64,000 nt of DNA from Carpediemonas membranifera BICM (GCA_019828565.1 JAHDYR010000053.1:1-64000); one strand, 5' to 3'; shown: positions 10,709 through 22,786, counted from the first letter of the stretch. Translations and numbers: made by a program. The notes: generated by a model not told the origin, from the sequence alone.

Positions 10709-13700
10709 TTGAGTGAGCCACCAGGAATTACCCTTATCCAATCAGGGCTTTCCCCCGAGGAAATTCCCCTACCCAATAAGGGAAATTCCTGCACCCTGGA
10801 CAGTATGTGGGCCCGCATGTGCCCTTGTTTGGCGTGGTGGGTGTGTCATCAGGGCCGGAAGTCCTGCTGCCGCTCGGGCCCAGGGGGGTTTCTTCTTCGT
10901 TAGTACCCAGGGCTCCATGAGATGCCCCGTCCCGTACGGGCTCTATAACTTGGGTCTGCCCCGTTGTGAGCCAGTAGTTAGTGATGTTGCGCGTCAGAAA
11001 GGAGGCAGACACCAGTTCGCGGGCAATCCTCGCGGGTGGGGGCCAGAGACGCCTGGTCTTATCCCATGCCGACCAGAGTTCGGGGAAGCCGGGGACTGAC
11101 CACCGTTGGATGAGGTCTCTGACCTCCTCCCTCAGGTCTGCCTCTGCTGCCGAAGGCTCTTCTTCCAGGGGTGGGGGTGGGAAGACTGGCCTCATCACAC
11201 CCTCGGTTCTGCTGTAGATGAGGATCTCCTCGACGGGGCCCTGGGTCCAGATCTGGATGGGCGTGCCGTCTGGTCTGCGGAAACCTCCCTCCGGGGGGTG
11301 AGGGGCGTGGTAGCCTTGCCCTTTGGCTAGTTCCCGGCCTAGGTCGGCCCAGAGCTTCTTGTTTTCGCGTCCTAGTGAGGGGAGCCCTCTGGCTGCAGCT
11401 CCCGCGGAGATGGCGTGTCCGGCGGCATGGAGGAGCCACATTGCAGCCTCCATCCCGTACTTGGTCTGGATGCCGTTGCCTGAGATCGAAGAATGTCCTG
11501 CAGCTTGCAGCGATGTTGCCACGAGCTCTAGGAGGAGCGTCCTTGCGACCTTTCCCGTTCGGGCAGTGAAGTCCGTTGCGTCATCTCTGGTGAAGACCAT
11601 GGCAACGTCCCTTGTGGGAATAGCCGCATCTGCTGAGGCTCTGATGCAGTCCCATTCGTCCGGTGTGGCCAGTTGCTTGCCCAGTGGCGTTAACGACTCC
11701 TTGATCCCATTTGGGGTGGTGTTTGCGCAATCCAAGGCGTCTGGGACGCTTTGGGGAGCTGTTCGAGGTCATTGTGTGGCGTGGTCTCGAAAAGTCCCGG
11801 TTATGGATTCGGCCGAGATCAAGGCCCTCCTCCACAGGGAGAAGTGATGGGGTGTGTTGCTCACTAGCTGGTGCCGTCTGGCTCGTCCGGTGGGGATGTG
11901 CTACGTACTTGGAGTAGTCCGCCTGGACTCTGGGGTAGAACACAAATTTGGGGGACCCTGGGCGAAGCCGGCTTAGTGTCTCCGCCTGCTCTAGGTCCAG
12001 CCGGTTCCCTTCAATGAATAGCCAGTATGGCTGTTGGGCGGCTTTTGTGTACCGTCTCAGGAGGGGAAGTGATGCAAACAGCTTCTTGGCCCGGCTTTTC
12101 CGGAGCTCCCCTGGGCCTTCCTTTGCTGTAAAGCTTCCCTGTTCTGGGTCTACAATCTTGTCGTATCCTATCGCGTTGCCGAGCTGGATAATGGACGTAT
12201 TTGCTTTTTCCCTTCTGGTTTTCCTGAGATCCCTTCTGGGTGCAGCCTTAAGGGCGAATAAGCCATAAATCATGCTTTCTTCCCTATCTGGCATGTCCCT
12301 GTTGGGATATTCCCCTGTTTCCATTTGGAGTGGCAAAAGGCGGGAAGTGCACTTTTGCCAGCTTCTTGGAGGGGCTTGAGGAGGTTTGGTGGAGGTTCCA
12401 AGGGGCGCCAGCCAGCGATGTCCTGGTCTTGTATGGCTCCTTTCCCTTCCTCAGGGCGGATGGTTCAGGGGCGAGGTATGCGAGGTTTGTTGCGGACCTT
12501 GTTTCCACACAAAACATGTCTGGCGAAAACCCAAAAGGGAACCTTATTGCAGGGACAGGGAGCATCGCCCCACACGGGGCTGCTGTCCCTTATTCCCCAT
12601 GCGTCCGTTCCATCTCTCCTTCCACCTTCACGCCTCCTCCTGGCCATTCGGCCGGCGCCTCCGCTGCCCAGCGGTCCCCAGAGGGGGAGGTGCATTACCA
12701 GGGGTTATGCACTCCGATCCCTATCGAGTCCTTGGCCCGAGTACGGCCTGGACTCCGATTTCGGGGGCGCCGCCTCTTTCCCCGGGAAGCAGGGCCCTCT
12801 TCGCACTCCGACGGGGGATCCCATATTCCCCTCCGGGCCCCAGGGTAGTCCCTTGCCTTGTGGCGGCAGGGGCTTCACCGCTCCTTCTCGGGAGTCCCCG
12901 ACTCCTGGCCCGGCGACTCCTCGGGGTTGGGAGGCGCATTTCCTGCGGACCATAGCTGACGATTTTTGCCCAGGTGGACGTCCTGGCCAGCCGGTGGCGG
13001 GAGCGTGCCGCTGCTTTTTCCTACCTGGCTCAGAATTACCGTGACGAGGACCTGAGTCCCCACGAGTCTAAGTCGGCTCGGGGTTTCGACGCTGAGCTGA
13101 GGGGCCAAATGCGGGTCTATAAGCGCCTTCGTGCTCGCATAGACGCCCGGCTGCACCAGCTGGTTGCCATTCACGCCCCTCGTCCTGTATCTTGTGGTCG
13201 CAGCCCGGTTGTTTCCTTCCTGGGTCGCGTCACTCCCAAGAGGTTGTGAGTCCTGGTAAACACCGTGATGGTTTATGCCTTTTGGCTTCGGCTGGGCGTT
13301 TCTTGTGGGGCTGTGGACGGGGCCCTCAGCGCTCCCCGGTCTGTTGTCCGGTATGGCTGGTGTACTGGGGGCCTGTTGTGGTGGCCCTGTTGCCTATGCC
13401 GGCGGCGGGCGGCGATCCCGGCTCTCGTGGCGATGACGTCCACAAGCCCGGTCTTGGGCGGCATGAGAGCACGGGCGCCGGAGTAGTGTGGCCCAGTGGC
13501 CTCCCAGTGAGAGCCTATTGGCCGCCGGTCCCGGTGCTCTCGGGTTACTTTTGCCATATGGCCCCAGTTAAGTTGTCTGAGGCAATCGTGTCGCAGTGCC
13601 TCTGGGGCCTACTGCGGGTACCGGTTACGGTAGGGGTTTCAATCATAAAGGTGGCGCAGTACGCTTGTTCGCGTTGATTTCCCTTGTGGGTTTGTGCGAG

Positions 13701-14270
13701 GAGCGTTTAGTTGCGTCTGGTCCCCTTGTGGGTCCCAGGAGCATGGGCGGTAGGTTTTGTTTGTTGTTAGAGTACTGTGTATTCTGTCAACGCTTTCCTA
13801 CCGAGGCTAACTTATTCCCTTTTGGGTGGTTTTTGCCTCTGTGCATTTTTGGGCACACGAGGACGATCATCTGTTGCTCGACATAGCTTGGCGCACGGCG
13901 AGGTATACAGGGCAGGGGAGTGGGCTCCAGGTGAGGTGGTGCGCACCTCACCTGGAGCAGCCAGTTGTCCTCTGCCGGCCCGCTCTGGCGCTAACCTGCT
14001 TCGCAACGGGCGATCTCCTCCGGGGAGCAATTTGCTTCCCCAATGTGCCCTATGGCTAGTGGGTTAGGAGAATACTTCCCATTTCTGCTCTCGTGCCCCA
14101 GAGCAGACGAACTCTTGGTCCTGAAATTACCATTTGGTGGATGCTGGCGCCGCGGGGCACCGTCGCTCGCTTCGAGCTCGAATAGCTTTCAATGAGATCC
14201 GATAAATCCCGATTGCCAGCTTTTGGCCTTTTTCCGGTTGGTTTCGTCAACTTCCCAAACCGGACATTTC
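10709..14270 (-). other. Unclassified GC-rich ~3.5-kb insert with broken minus-strand ORFs (10734..11735, 11581..12336 and smaller)
   Basis: Sharp compositional switch from the AT-rich flank at about 10700; overlapping ORF pieces with no motif I recognise. Confidence 0.35.
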
Positions 14271-14271
14271 A

Positions 14272-15662
14272 ACCGATCATAAGAACTTGATCTACATGTC
14301 GCGCAGTGAGACCCCGAAGGTCGTGCGCTGGAGCCTCCGTCTCCAAGAGTATGTCTTCGTGATTCATCACATCCCCGGCCTCGACAACGCGGCCGCAGAT
14401 GTCCTCTCTCGCTGTCTCAAGGCTGTCACTTCCCTGTCTGACCATCATGTGGACATTGAGTCCGTGCATGGTCCCGTCGCCGGCCATATGGGCGCCGTGA
14501 CCACCATGGAGCGCCTCAAGCTCCGCGGCATCGAATGGACCAACATGCTGGATGACATCAAGGGCTTTATTGCCTCATGCCCCATCTGTCAGAAGGTCCG
14601 CGAGACAGCCAAGAAGACGACTTCTACCCTGCGTCCTACGTTCTCCTCTGACCCGTTCGTGGCCGTCTCCATCGACACTATGGGTCCCTTCCCGGAGGAT
14701 GACTTTAGTTTATCATCGTCACGGTTGACAACTTCTCACGCTTTACAGAGCTAGTTGCTGTCCCTTCAACTTCCTCCGAGTCTGCCTGCCGCGCATTCAT
14801 CCAGTTCGCCGGCCACTACGGATTCCCTCAGACCGTCCGCACTGATGGCGGCTCCCAGTTCACTGCCAAGCTCTTCAAGGAGATCTTGGCCTCCCTACAC
14901 GTGGCCCACACCGTCACGCTGCCCTACCACCACCGCGCGAACGGCCTAGTCGAGAGGGTCAACCGCGAGGTGAACCGTCATCTCGTCGCCTTGACCTCTG
15001 AACTCAGACTCTCCTCCAAGTGGTCTCTGTACCTGCCCATGGTCCAACGCCTTCTTAACGCTACCACCAACTCTAGCATTGGCATGTCACCCGCTGCCCT
15101 CGTCTTCGGCACCGCCGTCAACCTCGACCGCAGCATCATCGACGTAGTGTCACAGGGAGAGGGAGAGCACCCAGACATCGTCCAAATCCAGGAGATCCTC
15201 GTTCAAGCAGCCCGCCTTAACCAGGATCAGACCTTCAACCCCGGCCCTTCAACCTCGGCCGTCTTTGCCATCGGCGACCAGGTCTTAGTAACCTACCCGA
15301 CGCGTCCCGACAGCAAGTTGACCCCCAAGCTCATGGGCCCCTACACCATAACTTCCCGCTCGAACGACATTTACGAGGTTATCAATCCTGCGACTCGTCG
15401 CACCCAGACCTATCACGCCACACGCCTCCGCCGCTTCGTCTCCAATGGCCTCCTCACTGACATCGAGCTCGTCGCCATGGACGAGGACTCCTACCTTGTA
15501 CAAGAGATCCTGGCCCACCGTGGCGGCCCCAACAAGACCTCCTTCGAGTTTCTCATCCGCTGGGATGGCTATGGTGCCGAGGACGACCAATGGCTTCCCT
15601 ACCTCGAGGTCCCTGACCTCGAGGCTCTCGACTATTATCTCGAGTGTCACCCACTCTTCTAA
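14272..15662 (+). pseudogene. Ty3/gypsy pol 3' fragment: RNase H end, integrase, chromodomain (frameshifted)
   Basis: TDHKNL, RWSLRLQEY, NAAADVLSR (RNase H); H-x5-H...CPIC zinc domain; SIDTMGP, NGLVERVNREV (integrase core); KLMGPY; YLVQEILAHR...FLIRWDGYGAEDDQWLP (chromodomain). Confidence 0.9.
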
Positions 15663-15762
15663 GAGAGAGAAGTGTTGGGCAATTTTAGTTATAACCATTT
15701 TTGCCCTTGATCGGGTTTCGAATAAACCTCACTTCGTCATTAGTTCTCTTTATTTGGCCACA
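15661..15762 (+). repeat. Polypurine tract (15661-15672) followed by a short ~90-bp 3' LTR (15673-15762)
   Basis: AAGAGAGAGAAG directly after the pol stop, then TGTTGGGCAA...TTGGCCACA (TG...CA with imperfect terminal IR) and internal AATAAA at 15721. No partner LTR in the window. Confidence 0.7.
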
Positions 15763-16742
15763 GAACTCTCTCGCTTCTTATCAGCCATGAGCTGTATGCT
15801 CGCTATTGAATGGTGGGTGGTCACTGTATTTGCCGGAAGTTTGAAGAAGCTTGAGACTGGGAAGTTGAGAGAGACAGCACGGTGACCTTTCTCTTCAACG
15901 GTGAATGTCGTAGGTCGCGTCTTGAGTAGGGAGATAAGTGTCTTTGGGACAGCAAAACCGTCGATGTATCGGGTCTTGAAGGTGGGGTTGGAGGTTGGGA
16001 GCATCTCGAGATCTGCTGTGTCAAGCGTTGATTGCCAGATGGTTGATGGGTCTCTGCAATCGGTGTTGAAGTCACCCATGATGATGGGTGTGCGTCCAGC
16101 TTGCTTAGCTTGGTGCAGGGCTGCTCTAAGAGAAGCGTGGAAGGACTCCCTGTCTGCCTTTCCAGAGCACGGGGCGTACGCCGACATGAGTCTAACTGCT
16201 GTTCGCTTGCCGCTAATGACGCAGCTGACGTCGATTTGGATCAGCCTTGGTGAGTGAGGCTGACCGTTGACATAGTGGCAGTGTCTTGCAACATCATTGT
16301 GAAAGAGAAAGCCGATTCCTAGGTGTTTGCAATCTCTGAGTGGGACTCCGTGGAAGATGAATGTGTAGTCATTGGTAGTTGCACACTCTGGTGATATGGC
16401 TCGCCACCAATGCTCCTGTACCGCCAAGAAGTCTGCTCGAATTGAGTGACCTAGGGATAGCTTGGTCGGGTTCAATGACGTTACATTCCATGAGCATAAC
16501 AGGCCATTTACAGGCCTACCTCTCCTTGCACCATGTTGGCGAACGGCAGTTGGTGTGATGCGGCGAGGGGGGGCGGCAAGTTTGGCCGTGCGGGTAGGTG
16601 TAATGAGCGGCCACTGGATGTCCTGGGTGCGCGCCGATTGCATGATGTCAATGGTGGAGGTGAGGTCTTGGATCTGTGACGCTCTTAGATCTGCTGCTCT
16701 GGACATGTTGGCGTTGTGGTCCGCCTTGGCGCTGTTGGACAT
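15763..16742 (-). CDS. APE (EEP-fold) endonuclease of a LINE-like element, cut off by the LTR
   Basis: SWNV, LAVQEHW, AYAP, IMGDFN, TF-x3-YIDGF, GHRAV motifs. The ORF runs into the LTR at 15762 and no RT follows. Confidence 0.85.
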
Positions 16743-18021
16743 GCGGGATCTTACTTTGCGAAGGCGGGGGACATTGCCGTCTCTTGGAACTAGGAACCAG
16801 AAGCGAGGGGCCTTGTAGGACTTGACTATGTTGTTGCCTGTGTTGTTTGCGGGGAGCGTTCATCGATCTAAGCTCCTCTACTGATCGTGGGAGTTGAGTG
16901 GACGGGGGAGATGTCCAGTATGCCTCTTCAGCCGTTAAGAGGTTTCCAAAGGAGGTATCGCCACCTTGTACGCTGATGGGCGCGGTGAATGTCTCCTCGA
17001 GGGTGGCAGGGGGGTGAGCACCCCTCCGGGTTGCTGTGTCTATGAGTGCTGCATGTGGATCGAACCACTTCCAGTCACCTTGATGCGTCGTTGTGACCGC
17101 GAACTTAGGTCGAGTCATCACCTCGTATGTGTTCTTGCCAGAGGGGTAAGAGTACCCGTTGCGCGGGACTATATAGAAGCGGGCGAAGGTGTCATGTAGT
17201 GAAGTGAGTGGGGGCACCTGTAGAGAGGTTAGGAATTCTGGGGCGAGGTCCATCAGTTCTGTTGTCCAATTAAGAATGAGCCCGTCCAGCTCATTTGCCC
17301 ACCAGTCCGTGATGTCTTGGTCCGAGCTTGCAATAGCATGGCGCCTTCTGCTTAGACATGAGAAAGTTTTGATAACAGCCGCAAACGCTATGGTGTCTGC
17401 TAGCGCGCAGTGGTAGCCTGGGTCCGAGTGGGCATGGAAGGGACATGGGGCTTTAACCCACGTTAGCGCTTGGGCTGTGTCCATTCTCTTGGCAAAGAGG
17501 TCAGTGCTGACGTATGAGAAAATGCCGGCGAAGAGCTGACGGTCGATCGACTCCAGGTCGGCTATGTCTCTGACCAGTCCCAGTGTCTCCCGATCTTCCG
17601 CATCAGCCTGAGATTGAATGATGGTATTTTCCATCCTAGGGTCCTTGGCGATCAGGATGCACCCTGGGAGTTGTTTCATGATCTCAGCCAGTTGGTGGAG
17701 CCACTGTCTGGGCGACGGGAAGACGATGTCTATACCTCGCGATTCAGGATGAATCTTGAAGGTCATTGGAGGGCACCCGTGTATTTTGCATGACTGTACG
17801 AGAGCTGAGCGCATGAGAGCTGCAGGGAAATCCGTTGCGAGAGGTCCCCAGTGGATGCCTCCGACTTCCCACATGGGGATGTCTGTGCCCGGTTCTGTGG
17901 TACTATATAGCAGGGTTACGCCTGCTTCCACTGGGTAGCATACCCGGGCACCAGGGTGACTGTCGTCCACTGCATATCCCATCGCCTCAAAGTCTATGAC
18001 GATGATGTGGGACAGGGGCAT
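16648..18021 (-). CDS. DEDDh 3'-5' exonuclease with E-C-H-C zinc motif (Maelstrom / arenavirus-NP-like)
   Basis: IIVIDFEA (ExoI D-x-E), YPVEAGV, CPFH-x7-HCALAD (zinc ligands plus h-x4-D). Confidence 0.7.
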   Translation of the reverse strand: MPLSHIIVIDFEAMGYAVDDSHPGARVCYPVEAGVTLLYSTTEPGTDIPMWEVGGIHWGPLATDFPAALMRSALVQSCKIHGCPPMTFKIHPESRGIDIVFPSPRQWLHQLAEIMKQLPGCILIAKDPRMENTIIQSQADAEDRETLGLVRDIADLESIDRQLFAGIFSYVSTDLFAKRMDTAQALTWVKAPCPFHAHSDPGYHCALADTIAFAAVIKTFSCLSRRRHAIASSDQDITDWWANELDGLILNWTTELMDLAPEFLTSLQVPPLTSLHDTFARFYIVPRNGYSYPSGKNTYEVMTRPKFAVTTTHQGDWKWFDPHAALIDTATRRGAHPPATLEETFTAPISVQGGDTSFGNLLTAEEAYWTSPPSTQLPRSVEELRSMNAPRKQHRQQHSQVLQGPSLLVPSSKRRQCPPPSQSKIPHVQQRQGGPQRQHVQSSRSKSVTDPRPHLHH

Positions 18022-18073
18022 GCTCCCCTGGTTGTTCGTCGAGCCAGTGCGCTTATGCGAGGGAATGCCAACA

Positions 18074-18185
18074 CCCTCGTGGACCCCCTTGGCCTCGGCG
18101 CGCTGATGGAGGGAAGGGGCGATGCCCTCGTGGACCTCCTTGACCTCGGCGCGCTGATGGAGGGAAGGGGCGATGCCCTCGTGGA
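18074..18185. repeat. 51-bp tandem repeat, ~2.2 copies
   Basis: Unit CCCTCGTGGACC...GGGGCGATG begins at 18074, 18125 and 18176. Confidence 0.9.
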
Positions 18186-18218
18186 AATCTTGCTTGTAAG
18201 GTAAGGTTTAAGGTAACC

Positions 18219-18683
18219 TTACAGGTTGCTCGTATGAGGAAGAATGAGGGCTGTGAAGTGGTCTACGCTATGATGGAGCAATATCCGGCCACATTGAGCG
18301 AGGCTGAGAGCAGCTGGGAGCGGAAGAGAAACCGATGCGATCGTGGATGCTTCCAAAATGTAGCATGTGACCGAAAGAGGGGTGATCTCGGAGATGATAA
18401 GGGTTTGCACTCCTAGAGCCTTGGAAATAATGGCCAGTGTATCGAAAGAGAGGAAGGAGTTGCGGAATGACGATGTGGGGACTCGCAGGTTAGCCACAGC
18501 ACCTCGGACCCTCGGTGATGGCTGGAGCGTTTCCGCGGATAGGGCGTCTCGGATGGCCCTGAGAGCCTGGGGTCGAGTGATCGTGAGCTGCAACTTCATT
18601 GCAGCAGCCATTGCGTGAATCAATTCCCGTCTGCATGGGTCGGGATCTCGAGGAAGGGTCCAAAGGGGGACGGGGGCCCACAT
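18219..18683 (-). CDS. Possible OTU-like cysteine protease domain
   Basis: TLPRDPDPC near the start, TLAIISKALGVQTLII in the middle, ILLHHSVDHFTAL (HF-x-x-L) at the end. Confidence 0.4.
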   Translation of the reverse strand: MWAPVPLWTLPRDPDPCRRELIHAMAAAMKLQLTITRPQALRAIRDALSAETLQPSPRVRGAVANLRVPTSSFRNSFLSFDTLAIISKALGVQTLIISEITPLSVTCYILEASTIASVSLPLPAALSLAQCGRILLHHSVDHFTALILPHTSNL

Positions 18684-19684
18684 GCTGGCGCCATGGGTGA
18701 ATCATTTTCGTCGTGCTCTTTGAGGTGGTTGATGGCGATTGTGATACGCCCTTGAATATCGGTTAGCTGATGTGACGGAGAGAACTGAATGGGGCTGCAC
18801 AACTCTACATCTGAAGACTCGCTTGAGCTATGCTCGTTCTCCGTGGGCTTCTCTTGGTCCTTACGTTCCCTCTTACAGGCTAGGAGGAGGCTATCGTTGA
18901 CAGGTTCAGCCTTTCTGGTGGCCTTGCACACAGGTGTATCGGGGGCACCACCCCAAGCCATGTATTTGGCGGTGAGATCGGGCGATGATAGCGCTGGGGA
19001 GATGCCATATAGTATGTGAATTACGCTAAGATCCAATAGCTGAGTGAGATGCAGACCTGAGCTGGATATGAGCGGGCCGGGGCGGCTGTTCTGAGCGATG
19101 GTAGGGCCAACGGGTGCACGCTGTCCTGGGGCTTGACTGACGGCCGCGTCCCATGTCCATGGGTCCGTGAACGTGGCGGGGACCCTCGGGGGCTGCTGTG
19201 GGTGATTGTTTGGCTTGGCTCCATCGATCCAGTTGACGAAGCGGGTCCATTTGGTCGTTGTGACAGTGGGAATACCAGTGGTCTTGCGGAAGCCTGCTTG
19301 TACTGCCATACATGTTGCAACCGCGGAGACGAGCAGATGAAGGGTGCACGGGAAGGCGCGGAGAGGACCATCAGTCATGGACAGTTGAAAACTAGTTGCA
19401 ATGCGCTGACAAGTTGCTATGAGATGCCTGCGGGGCAAGCCTTTCGCGACGGAGATGGTTTTGCGCACTTTGGGAGAATCGGACTGGAAGGTTTGGAAGG
19501 GCTCGACGATTATGGGTTCTCCTATCACATAAAGGTTGTTGAGTAGATGCTTTGCAACTGCTTTGGAGGGGCCGGTAACGTTCTTGAAGTATAAGTATGA
19601 TTTTCTCTGTGGAAATGGCGCTGATCGGAGAGCTTCGAACAGCTCTCTGATCTGCTTTTGCATGAGAATTGAAGCTTGTATCAT
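18620..19684 (-). CDS. Hypothetical ORF1-like protein of the APE/DEDDh element
   Basis: 354-aa ORF, first of four co-oriented, overlapping or closely spaced ORFs; no recognised motif. Confidence 0.4.
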   Translation of the reverse strand: MIQASILMQKQIRELFEALRSAPFPQRKSYLYFKNVTGPSKAVAKHLLNNLYVIGEPIIVEPFQTFQSDSPKVRKTISVAKGLPRRHLIATCQRIATSFQLSMTDGPLRAFPCTLHLLVSAVATCMAVQAGFRKTTGIPTVTTTKWTRFVNWIDGAKPNNHPQQPPRVPATFTDPWTWDAAVSQAPGQRAPVGPTIAQNSRPGPLISSSGLHLTQLLDLSVIHILYGISPALSSPDLTAKYMAWGGAPDTPVCKATRKAEPVNDSLLLACKRERKDQEKPTENEHSSSESSDVELCSPIQFSPSHQLTDIQGRITIAINHLKEHDENDSPMAPACGPPSPFGPFLEIPTHADGN

Positions 19685-19706
19685 TTCTTGACCTTTTAAC
19701 GCAGGA

Positions 19707-21206
19707 TCAGAACCTTCGTCTGGGTGCAGAAATTTTTAGGTCGCTGGCGTCAGTGTAAAGATGAATTGTGTCGCCAGGACGCGGATGGGTCAGCGTACGG
19801 TTGCAAGTGAGTTCCCTAACTATCTCGTCCCAGGCATCTCGCTGAGTGTCGCCCCACATGAACGAGGCTCCGTCACGCGTGAGAGCGATGATGGGCTCCG
19901 CCATATCGGCAAAATTAGGGATAGACGGTCGGAAGTAGTTGACCATTCCCAATAGAGTGCGGCACTCGGAGACGTTCCGCGGGGTCTTGATGTTGTACAC
20001 GGGCTCCAGACGCTCGGGGCTGATGGAGCGTCCTTCGGGGCCGATGTGCCAGCCTAGGTAATCGATTTCTGTGGCCGCTAAGTTTGACTTGGCGGCGTTC
20101 ACTCGTACTCCCGCTGCGTGCAGGCGGGTGAGCACGGATCGCAGCCGCGCGAGAAAGGTCTCGCGATCGTTGGCAAAGATGACCACGTCATCGATATAGA
20201 CCAATGCGCCGGTATGGAGGTCGCCACCTAGGATATGCTCAAGGGCTCGCTGGCAATGAACTGCCGCGTTCCTGAGCCCGAAGGGCTTTCTGGTATATTG
20301 GTACTTGCGTCCGTCAGCAATGAAGGCGGTATACTGGCGGGCACGTGGTGTAAGAGGTATCTGGAGGAACGCCTTGCTAAGGTCAAGGGTGGCGAAGAGC
20401 GTTTGACCCTCCAGTTGGTCTAAGAGGTCATCGATCAGTGGAAGAGGGTGGCCCATCTCCTTGGTTATCTCGTTCAGAGGCCTAAAATCAAGGCACAACC
20501 TGATGGACCTGTCTCGTTTCGTCACTGCGACGATTGGGTTGTTGAATGAGCTGTCTGACGGCTCTACGACATCTAGTTTGAGCTGCTCGTTCGTCTGACG
20601 AGATATCTCGTCACGCACTGCTTGTGAATACCTATACGGTAGCGTGTTCGTCGTCTTGTCGTCGGTTAGCTCGATATCGAACGGAAGGAGTTTCGATGGG
20701 GTATTCTGCAGGCCACCAAAAAGACCAGGCAAGTCGTTCAGAATGCCGTTGATCATAGGGGCTAGCTCTTCCTCATCAATAGTGGGTTCCGGGTCTGTGA
20801 TTAAATTCAGGTCAACCTCGCTGTCTGTGTCGTCAAAGTCGACGTCATCGTCGTCATCAAAGTTGAAAGATATCAGTCCGGCTTCACTCATAGTCGGGAA
20901 CCCCAGGACAATCTCTGTCGGGAGCCCCTTGAGTACGAGGAACTGGGCGACCACCGTCAAGCGACGCCCAGCTGTTGTCTGGCCGAGGCACAGCTCTAGC
21001 TGGAGCTGGCCCTGAGCGTTGACCACTTGTCCGTTCCCCAGTTGCACCCTCGCTCGGGTAGGTGCGACGGACAGTCCATGGCTCTTCACGAAAGCCGCGG
21101 ACACGAAGTTGTATGATGCACCAGTATCCAGGAGTGCACTAGACTGGACTGGTGATGAACTAACCTGCACTTCGACTCTTTTGACGGCCTTTGATGTGCT
21201 CTCCAA
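19707..21206 (-). pseudogene. Ty3/gypsy protease + reverse transcriptase, truncated at the start of RNase H
   Basis: ALLDTGASYNF (aspartic protease); RLCLDFRPLN, LDLSKAFLQ, PFGLRNA, YIDD (RT); LYTDASD followed by unrelated sequence at about 19738. Confidence 0.92.
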
Positions 21207-22034
21207 CAGGTTGAACTGTCATACAAAACTCGTACTTACCCCGTTTATTGGGGTTCTTCTTGTAGCACTTCTCCTCCGTATGACCAATCTTTCCACAGAA
21301 ACCGCATGTCGGGCGAGAGGAAACCTTCTGAGTGTGTTGAGACTCCTCAAGGTGGGCCTTTTCCTTCTGGGCCTGCTCGAGCTTCTTAGCCTCGTCCAGG
21401 GCGACTCGGAACGCGTCCTGGATATCGCGCTTGCTGGCTAGGGTGACGACCCTGTCCTTCAGGCGTTCCGGGGTGAGTCCTGCGGTAAATGTATGGACCA
21501 GGCGTCTGGGCGCATGCGTCCACAGTTCTCGAGTTGGCGCGTATACTGGAATACGTAGCGGAGGACGTTGGTCATGGCATCACCACGCTTGGAGCAGGTG
21601 ATCTTGGTAAACTCGTCCAGAGCGTCTTGGCGATCCAGGGGCTGGAAGAGAGTGTTAACGGCATCGACAATGGCACGGCTGTCTGGATCGTCTCGGAGCG
21701 CGGGTAGGTCAGCTGGTGCGCCGTCTCCATCGGGGTCTGAATCGGAGTCTGAATCGGAGTCGCTGTCAGATTCATGAGGCTGGAGATCTCGCGGGCGCTC
21801 AGCAGCGGGAAGGTCAAACTGGCGAAGCGAAGGGTCCTGCAGTTCCAGAAGCTCCCAGACGGTGCGTGAGATAAGCGTTCTCACGGGCAACTGCCCACCA
21901 CGAGAGCGGTAGGCGTAGAACAGCTCTCTGAACTTGTACCAGGAGCTACGGTTGAGCGTGTCGAACATTGGTGCTACAAAAATGATGATGGGGAGATTCA
22001 TGTTCAAGGATCCAGTAATTACTGTGGTGAACAA
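21207..22034 (-). pseudogene. gag of the same Ty3/gypsy element (frameshifted) with CCHC zinc knuckle
   Basis: ORF 21459..22034 plus a downstream frame reading CGFCGKIGHTEEKC (21265-21306) just before the protease. Confidence 0.75.
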
Positions 22035-22093
22035 GCGGAGAGTGGATTTATAGGGTTTACCCGGTGGGACAAAATGGCGGAAACTAAATAATA

Positions 22094-22786
22094 GTGTCTA
22101 ACACCACTACAAACTGGATACTTCACCTACCAGCAGCCTGCTTTATCATCAACTCTACCCCGAGAATCCCGACGCGGTTAACCCCCGCTGAGGTAATATT
22201 TGGTTTCAATCTCAGGATTCCAGACAAGATATTCTTGACCGACGTAGCTATAGCGAGCGCGAAACAGTCCCATCGCGCGTCAGCTGAGGCAGCCATACAG
22301 CTCGCCAAGGCGAGAGCTCAAGCTATGAAGGAAGACGCGTGGTCGAAAGCGGCCTCATCACGGACTGAGATTCTCAGCAGGTTCGTGTTAGTCAAGTACC
22401 CCGCTTGACCCCCAGACAAGCTATCCCCCGGCTGGCGCGGCCCAATGAGACGCGTCAACTGTATCAAGCAAGACGGCATCCCCGTAGCTTATGAGGTCCA
22501 AGACCTCACTGAGGGCAGGAGGGGCAATACAATCAAGGTCGACGCAGCCAGAGTACGCAAGTTCAACCCAGGCACGCTATCAGAGTCGCAGATCAGGCAG
22601 ATCGCCGCCACGGCGTTGGACGAGTACGAGATCGATCGCATATCGGACGATAGGGGCGCAGGGCCGGTCACGAAACGAGAGTACCTCGTGCACTGGCTCG
22701 GGTTTGAAGACGACTAAGCGACATGGGAGCCGTACGCTAACGTCAAGAAGACCGAGGCCCTTGAATTGTTCCTGAAGAAGAGCTAA
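22094..22786 (+). pseudogene. Retroviral-type integrase C-terminus + chromodomain fragment
   Basis: WILHLPAACFIINSTP...TPAEVIFG, PDKLSPGWRGP, YEIDRI...YLVHWLGF-x3-*-ATWEP; contains in-frame stops. Confidence 0.8.

Noticed and set aside
18187-18222. Intron fusing the OTU-like and DEDDh ORFs
   Set aside because: GTAAG is present at the stop, but neither nearby AG gives an in-frame join.
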